From assembly GCA_963786865.1 (NCBI GenBank), contig CAWBAV010000006.1, positions 436,592-500,591 of the forward strand: 64,000 nt of DNA, read 5' to 3'. The notes beneath the pieces were generated by a model, which had not been told where the DNA came from, made no database searches, and saw nothing but the letters and a program-made list of their open reading frames with translations. The stretch comes from an uncultured delta proteobacterium. Lineage in GTDB: Bacteria; Myxococcota_A; Polyangia; Polyangiales; Houyiibacteriaceae. Made by a program: the position numbers and the translations under genes. Shown here piece by piece: positions 21,101-31,405 of the stretch (position 1 is its first letter; each line of letters starts with the position of its first letter).

Positions 21101-22730
21101 CGCGAGCGTCAAACGACGCGTGCCGGTCGCCCTGCGCGTCGAACTCGCCCTCCGCGGTATATCGTTCCGGACCACCCTTGATCGTCGCCGTTCCGGTGCC
21201 GAGCGGATATCCCGCCACGCGCACGGCGGCTCCATCCAGCTCGAGGTCGAGCTTGGGCTTCGCCGGGTCGCCCCAGACGCGACCTTTCAGAATCAAGAAG
21301 TGTGCGCTTAGCGCGCCGTAGTCGAAGTCGTCGAATCGGACGGAGCCCTTCGTTTCGAAATCGCCACCCACCGCTTGTCGAATGTGAAGGTCGAACTCGG
21401 CACCGCCCGCCACGTCCGGCGCGAACTTCTGGAAGTTGGGGTCTGCGCTCACTTCGGGGACATATCCGCGCGCATGAATTTCGGAGACGCCCCTGTACTC
21501 GACGTGCCCACTGAGCATGAGGTCCCCGCCTGCGTACTCGCTTCGCACCGAGTCGACGTCGATGCCGTCGCTACGCGTTCTCACCTTTGCGACGAACGGG
21601 GGAACGTTGAACTCTCCGTACTCGAAACCATCGGCTTCGACCGCGATGCCGAGCACGTCTTCGTTCGCGGGGTCGCTGACGATCTCCAGCTTTCCGCCGA
21701 CTTCGACGTCGGGCGCGCCCCCAATCACCGCGGCTAGCTTTGCCCGCGAGCTGGAGATCGCGATCCGCGTGGCGCCTTCGCTGGGCAGCTCACCGTTGAT
21801 CCGCGCGCGTCCCCCGGCCGTGTCCAGATCGGCTCGCAGGCGATAGTCGCCCGCCGGCCCCCAGAGACGGACCCATCCGGTAGCCTCCCCCTTGAGCGAC
21901 TCTGCCCAGTCGAAGCCGACGTCGTGGAGCGTCTCGGCACTGATCGGTTCGACGCGAACGAAAAGGTCGAGATCGAACGGGTCCTCCGGCGCACTGCCTT
22001 CTCGCGGGCGGTAGACGAGCTCCGCGGTCGCACGCTCCCGGTTGCTGCGGCTGACCTCGGCCGTCACCTCAGTTCCCCGGGCATCCGTGTGGACGCTACC
22101 GACCAAGTTGTCGAGACTGCCCTCGAAGGGGAACGGACTCACGATCCGGCCATCGGCAGACCAAACCTCGATGTCCGTTATCCAGTAGAACTCCATGCGT
22201 CCTTTCGTATCCAGGTCGACGACTCGGAGGCCTTCGAGTCCCAGCAACTCGCCGCTGACTTCGAGATTGCGAAGCTCTACGTTGTCGACGATGGCGTGGA
22301 AGGGTTCACCCACGAGCGGCGTCGGATCGGCTTCCTCGAACGCGGCCAGGAACGTTGGCGCACCTTCGCCGTCGTCCACCAAGTCGACCCAACCGTTCGT
22401 CAGGTCCGCGTAGTAGAAACGAAGTCGGCCGCGCAGCGCCGCAATTGGGTCGATGCCGAGCTCGACGGTTTCACCATAGATGATCGCCCTGCCATCAGGA
22501 TCATACACGAACGTATCTTTGACGATCGTACGCCAAAGGCGGAGTTGGGTGATGTAGCCCGCGTGAAGCGTGCCGGCCATTTGGTCCGACACGAACTCGT
22601 TCAGCATGTCTCTGCCGATCTTGCGGCCGATGTCGGTGTCGAGGTGAAAGAGAACGCTCGCGAGCACTGATACGACCGCCAGCATGGGCCAACCCAGTAG
22701 CCAACTGACGATGCGCAAGAGCCAACGCAT
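18120..22730 (-). CDS. tamB: Translocation/assembly module subunit TamB-like (AsmA-like, DUF490-type C-terminus)
   Basis: 1536 aa. Single N-terminal TM anchor, very long beta-rich body. One-nt TGATG overlap with the upstream Omp85 gene. Confidence 0.8.
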   Translation of the reverse strand: MRWLLRIVSWLLGWPMLAVVSVLASVLFHLDTDIGRKIGRDMLNEFVSDQMAGTLHAGYITQLRLWRTIVKDTFVYDPDGRAIIYGETVELGIDPIAALRGRLRFYYADLTNGWVDLVDDGEGAPTFLAAFEEADPTPLVGEPFHAIVDNVELRNLEVSGELLGLEGLRVVDLDTKGRMEFYWITDIEVWSADGRIVSPFPFEGSLDNLVGSVHTDARGTEVTAEVSRSNRERATAELVYRPREGSAPEDPFDLDLFVRVEPISAETLHDVGFDWAESLKGEATGWVRLWGPAGDYRLRADLDTAGGRARINGELPSEGATRIAISSSRAKLAAVIGGAPDVEVGGKLEIVSDPANEDVLGIAVEADGFEYGEFNVPPFVAKVRTRSDGIDVDSVRSEYAGGDLMLSGHVEYRGVSEIHARGYVPEVSADPNFQKFAPDVAGGAEFDLHIRQAVGGDFETKGSVRFDDFDYGALSAHFLILKGRVWGDPAKPKLDLELDGAAVRVAGYPLGTGTATIKGGPERYTAEGEFDAQGDRHASFDARVEVTGNVYRLDVDTVELAVGDLSWRGSVKNAALDTDKGISFDRILMGKGSQRLEAQGVWLFDGPDDIRADLEDFDLAVLRILYPSRAPDVAGRVDLHFEFRGDLDEDPTIVAEGTLTEADLWDVAPVDAAYLIHLEEGVLDADAQVNFGGRGNFTLSTTGFVEPLPKGILQSLREGVYETTLSTAAMDLRLLELLLEEKMPNVEGYADASIRFSGPIDASSFEGDIHVPNLSIDGWGPVDLASDFRYEYGALLAQVRMADDNGELVESEGSLLVDLVHLARAPSEAVEALATSPWRISVRVPPRRLSAFPEKLSKKVIPDTDRLRVAASFTLAGGAFKTRGDFHSSLDWMADSAEGLCGGDAYPRATLRAQLNEGVTKVSMEGVVGEQQVLDLQASIETPLGDWLGKAEIPSWPVTQISADLYDAPTENLPYLCRYAAGVLSAQLKARDLFGEDPKLSLSLKTDDLRARRLEPARRTGTVNTIVETPPASARISGGYEDGLGELDLDMQWWNGGSTEILASVPLRWDSQTPIPALADRGEIEATANFDRMPLQAVLAWMAGVVNVEGILQGSVTAQGRVQDPRLVGSVDLSDGRVDLRSVGQTLEDVTGRAIFDEDGVMISNLTATDTGGRAKVDGRVGFERFKLNKLDFDVHTTSFPLRQEGSILARVEGDGRLRAQFEDDALIGEVRLRKLEIDIPENTATPLDLERHPDVFFVGETEEPVRRAEAYRVELSIISDDKLIIRSKDQGFFVEASAHLKTILTDEVAVAGTVNLHRGNFRVFGKRFEVRSGSMIFDGGPEMDAKVDLVARHTLRGSNDTVTVVVSGRLSDPTIEFTSSIPTTSEAQVIALLVTGTTRQQRGVNTSTAQASQETTNFLTGVAAGLFSASLQSQFGGLAPTFGITQGQAAADDVASDTAVQVGFNVNSVLPDNVPIRGLYVEGQFVARRNEGGPNTTAQAQRPGFLIEALWPLNFVTTGTFAPPSNWSIDVTWEP

Positions 22731-24874
22731 CAGTACGCCTCTCCGATGGTGAAGTGAAGTGCACCGGGAACGCCTCCGTTGATGAAGCGGAAGATGTTGT
22801 ACGCGTTCGGCGGGGGTTGCTCACCGACGATCTGCCACTTCGGAATGAGGAAGCCGAAGTCGAGGCGAATCGGGCCTATGGGCGTTTGGTAGCGAAAGCC
22901 AAAACCGGCCGCGGCGCGGATGTAATTGAAGCGAAACTCTTGCCCGCGATTCACGTCACCGAAGTCCATGAACAGCGCGGTCGCGAAGGCTCGAGTGACT
23001 GGAATGCGCCACTCGACACCGGCTTCCCATCGCCGGAGGCCGCCGTCGTTTCGTGCGTCGTAGCCCTCGCGGTTGAGGGAGTCGATGTTCCCCGGGTCGC
23101 CGAGAAACCCACCGAAGAAGCCGCGGTGGCTCGTCGGACCGCCCGAACGGAGGCGGTAGTTCTGCGGCCCGAGCTCTTGGCCGACGAGGTCGAGGCGACC
23201 GCGGTCTCGCGCGAACAGGAACATGGCGCCGATGCCAAACCGAAATGCGAGCGTCGAAGAGAGCGGAAGCGGGGCGTAGGCTCGAACCTCGGGTGTGACA
23301 CGGACGTACTGCCACGAGCGTTGCAGCGCTGCGGGTGACTGCTGACCGGCTACTTGAAAAAAGAATCCCTTGCGTGGCGTTCGAGAGTCATCGCGAAGGT
23401 CGACCACGACGCTTTCGTCGAAAAACACGACCTGATAGCTCGTGGGGAACCGAGGGTCCTGATCGACGACGAGGTAAGTATCGTAGTTGAGTGCGCCCAC
23501 GAGCAGAAGGCGGCCATCGAAGAAAGGTCGCGAAAGACTTCCGCGAACTTGGAAATCGTGGCGACGGAAGAGCTCGTACGGATCCGGACCCCAGTCGTGG
23601 CGGAACTGGATGCCGGCCGTGGTGCGCGCTTCGAGGAACGCAGGCCGCCGATACTCGACGCGAAGCTCGTTGCCGAAGATGAACCCCTGCCCGAACCGGA
23701 AGAACGGATCGAGGGCGACGATCTTGGGACGATCCTCGATGCGCAGGCGCCGGAATCCGCCGATGAAGTTTCGGTGCTCGAAGAGCCCAAACAAATGCAC
23801 GTCGGAGATCCGGGTGTCCTGCTCGAGCGTGAGGGTGCCTATCGTGCCGCTCTGAACGCCCGCGCCGATACCCCAACGGATCTCGCGGCCCGGTTCCACC
23901 GCGATGTTCACGTCGACGACGCCGGTGCACTGCTCTTCCTCGTCGAGCCGCGCGATCGAGGTCACATCCACGGATGCGAGCGCACCCAGCGCGTAGACCG
24001 CTCGCTGGGCGTCCGCGAGGCTGCTCGAGCTGTACGTTTGGCCGGGCCTGAGGTTTGCGACCGCGAGGATCGTGTCACCGGGCAGCTCACCGTTGCCGGT
24101 CACCGTGATATCGCCGAGCACGCAAGTCGGCCCTCCTTCGACCAGGAGCTCGACGAACGCCTTCCTAGACTCGCGGTCGATCTCGACGCGCCCTGAAACG
24201 GTGCCGCAGGCATAGCTCGCCTCTTGCAGCTGACGTCGAATGGCACGCTTACTTCGCTCGTAGATGGCTTCGTCGAAGGGTTCTCCGACCTTGAGCTCGA
24301 TTGCTTTCTCGATTCGGTCGCGCTTGCCAGTCTCGAAACCCTCGTGGCCGCGCACCGTGATCGAGCTGACCAAGACGGCGTCGCCTTCCTCGACCTCGAT
24401 CGCGATGCTCAGCTTGCAGCCCTCGTTCTCGCCTTCCCTCTCGCAAGGAGCCTCGCCTCCTGGGGGGACCACGATTCGATCGTCTCCGGCAGCGGAGGCC
24501 GGATTGAGCTCGGTGCTGACCACCGCAGCATCGTAGTAGCCGCGCGCCTGGTACCAGCGCTCCACCCGCTGCATATCTCGTTCAAACACGGCCGAATCCA
24601 GCGTCGGCCAGCCTTTGCGCAGCTTGCTCCAGAGATTGAACGAAACCCTCTTTCCGTCGAACGGAGGGACGCCGCACTCGGGGTCGGAGTTGGTGCCGAA
24701 GGAAACCGTGACGCGCTCGCGCTCCTGGGTCGCGAGGCAGGCTTCGAGAGCGTCCGGGTCCAGCTTCTCCATGCCGGTGAAACGGATGCGATCGATGCCG
24801 TATGCATCCTCTGGGATCGTCTTGCAGCCGCTCGCCAGCACGAGCAAGAGGCAGATGCATCGCCGGCAAGCCAT
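22730..24874 (-). CDS. tamA: Omp85-family outer-membrane protein (TamA/BamA-like)
   Basis: Signal/lipobox-like N-terminus (LLLVLASGC), POTRA-like repeats, and a C-terminal surface-antigen beta-barrel ending in an aromatic residue. Confidence 0.8.
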   Translation of the reverse strand: MACRRCICLLLVLASGCKTIPEDAYGIDRIRFTGMEKLDPDALEACLATQERERVTVSFGTNSDPECGVPPFDGKRVSFNLWSKLRKGWPTLDSAVFERDMQRVERWYQARGYYDAAVVSTELNPASAAGDDRIVVPPGGEAPCEREGENEGCKLSIAIEVEEGDAVLVSSITVRGHEGFETGKRDRIEKAIELKVGEPFDEAIYERSKRAIRRQLQEASYACGTVSGRVEIDRESRKAFVELLVEGGPTCVLGDITVTGNGELPGDTILAVANLRPGQTYSSSSLADAQRAVYALGALASVDVTSIARLDEEEQCTGVVDVNIAVEPGREIRWGIGAGVQSGTIGTLTLEQDTRISDVHLFGLFEHRNFIGGFRRLRIEDRPKIVALDPFFRFGQGFIFGNELRVEYRRPAFLEARTTAGIQFRHDWGPDPYELFRRHDFQVRGSLSRPFFDGRLLLVGALNYDTYLVVDQDPRFPTSYQVVFFDESVVVDLRDDSRTPRKGFFFQVAGQQSPAALQRSWQYVRVTPEVRAYAPLPLSSTLAFRFGIGAMFLFARDRGRLDLVGQELGPQNYRLRSGGPTSHRGFFGGFLGDPGNIDSLNREGYDARNDGGLRRWEAGVEWRIPVTRAFATALFMDFGDVNRGQEFRFNYIRAAAGFGFRYQTPIGPIRLDFGFLIPKWQIVGEQPPPNAYNIFRFINGGVPGALHFTIGEAY

Positions 24875-24982
24875 CTACGTTAAGCTTGTAGCGCGGAGCG
24901 CCCCAATTCCGCCAGCGAACGACGTAATTTCGGCTGTTTGGCGAGCGCCCGTCAGACTGCTACAGCTATCGACCTAGAGCCC

Positions 24983-26416
24983 ATGAAGCAGTACTTCGTC
25001 CAGACCTTCGGCTGCCAGATGAACGTTCACGACTCCCGCCGGATCGAGGAGGTCCTGCGGGCGAGCGGTTATCGGGAGGCGAGCGAGCCGGCGCTGGCCG
25101 ATCTCTTGCTGGTCAACACCTGCAGTGTGCGCGAAAAGGCGGAACACAAGTTGATGAGCCTTCTCGGGACGTTCCGGCCCTTCAAGGAGGCTCGTCGGGG
25201 CACCGTGCTGGCGGTTGCGGGCTGTGTTGCGCAGCAAGAGGGCGAGCGGCTCCTTCGCAGGGCGCCCTTCGTGGATATCGTTCTCGGTCCGGACAACATC
25301 CCGGAGCTTCCCGCCTTGATCCGCGAGGTAGAGCAGGGTGCGCCACCGATCACGCGAACCGTGTTCGACATGGACGACCCCCAATTCCTCCGGGCCAAGC
25401 CGCAGGCCGATCGCCGGGAGATCACGGCCTACGTGACGGTGATGAAAGGCTGCGACGAGCGCTGTACCTTCTGTATCGTTCCTCATACCCGAGGGTCCGA
25501 GCGCTACAGGGCAGCCGACGAGATCGTCGGAGAGATCGGAGACCTGGTGGCTGGCGGCGTCCGGGAGGTAACCCTGCTCGGACAGACGGTCAACTCATGG
25601 CACGAACCCGGCGCAGAAGCGCAAGCGAGCAGAGCCGAGTCGAAGATGGCGGACTCCAGCTCGCAGTTCGCCGAGCTGCTCCGGCGCATCGCCCGGGAGA
25701 CCCCCGAGCTCGCGCGCCTGCGCTACACCTCGCCGCACCCACGGCACATCACGCCCGAGCTCGTGGCCGCGCACGCCGAGCTCGACGTCTTGCCCGCGCA
25801 CGTACACTTGCCCGTGCAGTCGGGATCGGACCGCGTGCTCCGACGCATGGCGCGACGCTACACGGCCGATGAGTACGTTGCGCGGACCGACGCCCTCAAG
25901 AAAGCAAAGCCGGGGTTGACGCTTTCCACGGACTTCATCGTCGGATTCCCCGGCGAAACCGAGGAAGACTTCCAGCTCACGCTCGAGCTGGTGCGGCGGG
26001 TCGAGTTTGTGGCCGCCTTCGCCTTCAAGTATTCGCCACGTCCGTACACACCGGCGCTCAAGTTGGGCGACGAGGTCTCCGAGCAAGTGAAAGATGAACG
26101 CCTCGCTCGCTTGTTTGCGCTAGTCGATGCGCAGCAACAGGCCCATTTGGGCTCCTTGCTCGGCCACGAGCTCGAGGTCCTTGTCGAAGGGCCATCGCCA
26201 GGAGATACGGGGCGCTTCGCGGGAAGAAGCGAGCGCAACGAGATCGTTCACGTCATCGCGCCCGAGGGCTACGATCCGAGCGGCGAGCTCGTGAGGGTGA
26301 CGATCGATCAGCCCTTCCGCCACAGCCTTTCCGGGTACATGAGCGGCGCCAAAGGGCAGTCCGCGAGTGGCCGGCGCAGGCGCCTTTCTCAGCTCGATGT
26401 CGGAGGCGCAAGCTGA
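24983..26416 (+). CDS. miaB: tRNA-i6A37 methylthiotransferase MiaB
   Basis: UPF0004 domain with QTFGCQMN. Radical-SAM motif CDERCTFCIVP. C-terminal TRAM-like region. Confidence 0.9.
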   Translation: MKQYFVQTFGCQMNVHDSRRIEEVLRASGYREASEPALADLLLVNTCSVREKAEHKLMSLLGTFRPFKEARRGTVLAVAGCVAQQEGERLLRRAPFVDIVLGPDNIPELPALIREVEQGAPPITRTVFDMDDPQFLRAKPQADRREITAYVTVMKGCDERCTFCIVPHTRGSERYRAADEIVGEIGDLVAGGVREVTLLGQTVNSWHEPGAEAQASRAESKMADSSSQFAELLRRIARETPELARLRYTSPHPRHITPELVAAHAELDVLPAHVHLPVQSGSDRVLRRMARRYTADEYVARTDALKKAKPGLTLSTDFIVGFPGETEEDFQLTLELVRRVEFVAAFAFKYSPRPYTPALKLGDEVSEQVKDERLARLFALVDAQQQAHLGSLLGHELEVLVEGPSPGDTGRFAGRSERNEIVHVIAPEGYDPSGELVRVTIDQPFRHSLSGYMSGAKGQSASGRRRRLSQLDVGGAS

Positions 26417-26439
26417 ACGGCGATCTATTCTGGACGCGC

Positions 26440-26802
26440 TTGCGGATCTGGCGTCTTGCGCTTCTTTACATGGCGTTGATCTTCGTGATCTCGTCTTTCG
26501 AGGTTCGGGTGCCGGGCCTTGTGCACATTCCACTCCGGGACAAAGGGATCCATTTCGTCGAGTATGGCGTCCTCGGCTGGCTCTGCGCGGCGGCGTCGGC
26601 GCGCACCTGGCCCTTGGCGCCCGCCTGGAGGACGGCCGCCTTCGCGGTCTTCGTCTCGGTGCTCTGGGGACTCTCCGACGAGATTCACCAAGCGCTCGTG
26701 CCCGGTCGATCGCCCGAGCTTGCTGACGTGGTAGCGGATTTATTTGGTGGTATTGTAGGCGCTACAGGCCGGCATTTTCTTTCGGACCGAACTGTAAGCT
26801 GA
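26440..26802 (+). CDS. VanZ-like family membrane protein
   Basis: 120 aa with four hydrophobic segments and the motif DEIHQALVPGRSPELADVVADLFGG. Confidence 0.75.
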   Translation: MRIWRLALLYMALIFVISSFEVRVPGLVHIPLRDKGIHFVEYGVLGWLCAAASARTWPLAPAWRTAAFAVFVSVLWGLSDEIHQALVPGRSPELADVVADLFGGIVGATGRHFLSDRTVS

Positions 26803-26839
26803 TGTACCGGAAAACTCCGCTCGGCGAGGGACCTGCCAT

Positions 26840-26868
26840 TGACGGTCCCCGTGCTGGTATCTAACTTT
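26840..26868 (+). promoter_or_regulatory. Candidate sigma70-type promoter (TTGACG-17 nt-TAACTT)
   Basis: The hexamers and 17-nt spacer were hand-counted in an unusually AT-rich patch downstream of the vanZ-like gene. Confidence 0.3.
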
Positions 26869-26874
26869 TAATAC

Positions 26875-27002
26875 AGGAGGACGGTGGCGTCCTCGAAGCT
26901 CAAAATAAAAAGTTTAGCCGGCGGAACCCCCCCTATAAGTCCGCCGGTTGTCCTCGCCCGGTCGCATCTCCCCCCCTCCAAGCGACCGGGCGACCCTTTT
27001 TA
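26875..27002 (+). ncRNA. Candidate small RNA with three hairpins and C-rich loops
   Basis: Three hairpins: 26878-26895 (gaggacg/cgtcctc), 26919-26947 (ccggcgga/tccgccgg, loop acccccctataag) and 26957-26990 (cccggtcgc/gcgaccggg, loop atctccccccctccaa). The last is followed by cgaccc+TTTTT. No ORF fits here. Confidence 0.25.
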
Positions 27003-27236
27003 AGGGCCCGAAACAGCCCAAGCAGCAGCGCCTGCGCGCGCGCTGGCCTAGCCCTGGTCTCGCTGGCGCCTCGCAGCGGTGCATGAATCGTCACAGGCGC
27101 TGCTTCCCGATTCCGCAGGCCCCGCGATCGGTGTTTCATGCTGGCGCTTTCGTCGATTGGGACCAACCTCGCATTCGTTCGGTTCGAGTCGCCCGAGTCC
27201 TGGACGCACATCAGGCCCACGCCTAGAGTTCGCGCC

Positions 27237-28280
27237 ATGACGTGTTCCCGAGCTCTCCCGCGGACCTTCGCCCTGCTTCTGTCGGTTTGGTTGGTCGCGA
27301 GTTGCGCCGGGTCCGAGAGACCTCGGACGGACAAGCCGAGCGTCGAGGCGGAAGCCGTCGTCGACCCGCTCCCCTCCTGGAACGACACGCCAAACAAGGC
27401 GACGATCGTCGACTTCGTTCGCGCGGTCACCGACCCTCACGATCCTGCCTTCGCCGAGCCCGAAGAGCGCGTGGCGACATTCGACAACGACGGCACGCTC
27501 TGGGTCGAGCAGCCCATGTATGCCGAAATGGCCTTTGCACTGCACCGCGTCCGAGACCTCGCGCAGGTTCACCCCGAATGGAGGACGCAAGAGCCGTTCA
27601 AGGCGGTTCTCGAGGGAGACAGAGAGGCGCTCGCGGCCTCCGGGAGGCGCGGCATTCTCGAAATCGTGGTTGCTTCCCATACCGGCATGAGCGCCACGCT
27701 TTTCGATTCAATCGTCACGGAATGGGTTCGAGACGCGCGCCATCCGAAATTCGAACAGCCCTACACAGAGCTAGCGTATCAACCGCAGCTCGAGCTCTTG
27801 CGTTACCTCGAAGCCAACGGGTTCAAGACCTTCATCGTTTCTGGTGGGAGCGCCGACTTCATGCGCGCCTACACCGAGCAGACCTATGGCATCCCGCCTG
27901 AGCGCGTGGTGGGCTCGTCGATCGAGACTCGGTACGAAGTGCAGGGAGGGACGCCCACGCTCCTGCGGCTTCCTCAGATCGACTTCATCGATGACCAAGC
28001 GGGCAAGCCAGTGGGAATCCACAAGCAGATCGGCCGCCGGCCGATCCTCGCGTTCGGCAATTCGGATGGCGACTTCGAGATGCTCGAATGGACGACGATG
28101 GGCAGCGGTGGTGCACGGCTCGGACTCTTGCTGCGTCACGACGACGCGGAGCGCGAATATGCCTACGATCGCGAAAGCAACGTAGGTAGACTGGACCGAG
28201 GCCTCGATGCAGCCGGCTCGATGGGCTGGGTCGTCGTTTCGATGAAGCATGACTGGAAGACCGTCTTTGCGGAGAACTAG
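27237..28280 (+). CDS. HAD-superfamily hydrolase, lipoprotein
   Basis: Lipobox LVASC. HAD motif I FDNDGTLW. Later motifs IVSGGSADF and FGNSDGDFEML. Confidence 0.75.
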   Translation: MTCSRALPRTFALLLSVWLVASCAGSERPRTDKPSVEAEAVVDPLPSWNDTPNKATIVDFVRAVTDPHDPAFAEPEERVATFDNDGTLWVEQPMYAEMAFALHRVRDLAQVHPEWRTQEPFKAVLEGDREALAASGRRGILEIVVASHTGMSATLFDSIVTEWVRDARHPKFEQPYTELAYQPQLELLRYLEANGFKTFIVSGGSADFMRAYTEQTYGIPPERVVGSSIETRYEVQGGTPTLLRLPQIDFIDDQAGKPVGIHKQIGRRPILAFGNSDGDFEMLEWTTMGSGGARLGLLLRHDDAEREYAYDRESNVGRLDRGLDAAGSMGWVVVSMKHDWKTVFAEN

Positions 28281-28289
28281 GGGTTCAAG

Positions 28290-29213
28290 ATGAGGGGTTC
28301 ATTGATTCGCGGGCTCGCCCTCGCAACGGCGCTCCTGACGCTCACCAGCTGCAACGAGACGAAAACCGCAGCCGACGTCGACACGGGCGTTCGCATGCTC
28401 GACCAGGGCGATCGACCGCGTCACCGGGTTCGCTACAAAATACCCCCTGGGAAGACCACCAGCTCGACCACGACCTTTCGGGTCAGGACTTTGGCGACCA
28501 GCCCGGATGGCACCGCGCTCTCGGTCCTGCCCGGCCTTCGCGTCGACATCGTATCCGGGCCGGCCGAGACGACCGAGCGAGGCGTGAAGTTCAAGCTCGA
28601 CGTGGTGAACGCAGAGGCCCTCGTTCCAGCCGCGTTCGATCCGGTGATGGCGGACATGCTTCGAGATGGCGCTGCAATCATCGACGGGATAGGCGGTTGG
28701 ATCGAGGTGGACGACCGTGGACGAATGCTCGCGGGCGAGCTCGATGCACGGACCAAACGCTCGGACGTTCCGGTGCGCTTGCTTCGGATGATCGTCAATG
28801 CGCGCGAGACACTGTCCCGAGTCCTGCTCCCGGAGGAGCCGATCGGTCTCGGAGCACGCTGGGAGACTCGGCGAGCCATCGACGCATACGGCTTCGAGAT
28901 CCAGCAGGTGAACACGTACACCTTGGTCGATCGGGTCGGTGATGAGCTCATGTTGAACGTGACCGTTCAGCAACGCGCTCTTCCACAGACCATTTCGTTC
29001 CCCGAAGATGGCGTCGAGATTTCCGTGGAGTCGATCAGCTCTCTTGCGAACGGCCAGATCGTTCTCGACCTCGATGCGCTCGAATCGGACGCGTCTGCGC
29101 ACGGCAGCACCGAGGACCGCATCATCGTCAAGACGGTCGACGGGGAGGAACCCATCCGAGTGGATGAGAGCTTCGAGATTCAGGTGGCCAATACCTCCGG
29201 ACTCATTCGCTAG
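28290..29213 (+). CDS. Hypothetical lipoprotein
   Basis: ATG preceded by a purine-rich stretch. Signal peptide with lipobox LLTLTSC. No family recognised. Confidence 0.6.
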   Translation: MRGSLIRGLALATALLTLTSCNETKTAADVDTGVRMLDQGDRPRHRVRYKIPPGKTTSSTTTFRVRTLATSPDGTALSVLPGLRVDIVSGPAETTERGVKFKLDVVNAEALVPAAFDPVMADMLRDGAAIIDGIGGWIEVDDRGRMLAGELDARTKRSDVPVRLLRMIVNARETLSRVLLPEEPIGLGARWETRRAIDAYGFEIQQVNTYTLVDRVGDELMLNVTVQQRALPQTISFPEDGVEISVESISSLANGQIVLDLDALESDASAHGSTEDRIIVKTVDGEEPIRVDESFEIQVANTSGLIR

Positions 29214-29225
29214 CGCGCGCCGAGC

Positions 29226-31022
<1,797 letters not shown>

Positions 31023-31070
31023 AGTGCGACCTCTCTAGCCTTGCACCCGCGGAGCAGCAATGCGCCGTTG

Positions 31071-31265
31071 CTATCCCTTCTTGGGCGGCGCGGCATCCAG
31101 CGTCATTTGCCCGGGAAGCTCATCCTGATGTCGGTCCAAGACCAGATCGATCCCTTCGCGGATGTACACCGCCACCGGCACTTTCGTGCGTTCGTGCAAC
31201 AGCTTGAGCCGCTCGTTCTGCTCGGGGGTGATGTAGACCGTCGTGGAGATCTTCTTGCGCGCCAT
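31071..31265 (-). CDS. Ribbon-helix-helix (CopG/Arc/MetJ-like) DNA-binding protein
   Basis: 64 aa. The pattern KKISTTVYITPEQNERLKLLHERTKVPVAVYIREGIDLVL matches a beta-strand followed by two helices, as in RHH proteins. GAGG Shine-Dalgarno upstream. Confidence 0.7.
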   Translation of the reverse strand: MARKKISTTVYITPEQNERLKLLHERTKVPVAVYIREGIDLVLDRHQDELPGQMTLDAAPPKKG

Positions 31266-31286
31266 TCGGACCTCAGAAGTGGCATG

Positions 31287-31315
31287 AAGCTACATGGCAC
31301 CATATATATTGTCAA
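31287..31315 (-). promoter_or_regulatory. Near-consensus sigma70 promoter for the RHH gene (TTGACA-17 nt-TAGCTT)
   Basis: The -35 TTGACA lies at 31315-31310 and the -10 TAGCTT at 31292-31287. This sits about 20 nt upstream of the RHH ATG. Confidence 0.45.
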
Positions 31316-31356
31316 TCGAGCTGGTCAGAGACTTGCGCTGGGCTGCCGATCAACCT

Positions 31357-31372
31357 TATTCTTATAAGAATA
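31357..31372. promoter_or_regulatory. 16-bp perfect AT-rich palindrome (candidate operator)
   Basis: tattcttataagaata reads identically on both strands. It lies in the divergent intergenic region between the RHH gene and the lipoprotein pair. Confidence 0.4.
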
Positions 31373-31405
31373 CGGTTCTGGGGGACCCAAGAAGTGACCG
31401 CAAAC

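Noticed and set aside
26885-26938. A 17-codon ORF (GTG..TAA, MASSKLKIKSLAGGTPL) behind an AGGAGG in the AT-rich intergenic region.
   Set aside because: The SD-to-start spacing is only 3 nt, and the AGGAGG is sequestered in a hairpin stem. An RNA-structure interpretation is more economical.
27010-27040. An SRP (4.5S) RNA-like AAGCAGCAGC segment.
   Set aside because: It lacks the conserved GGAA tetraloop and symmetric-loop context of SRP domain IV. No tmRNA, 6S or RNase P signatures were recognised either.
31071-31265. The RHH protein as the antitoxin of a type II toxin-antitoxin pair.
   Set aside because: No toxin-sized ORF lies adjacent or overlapping on either side; the next gene is lepA. 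It is kept only as an orphan regulator.
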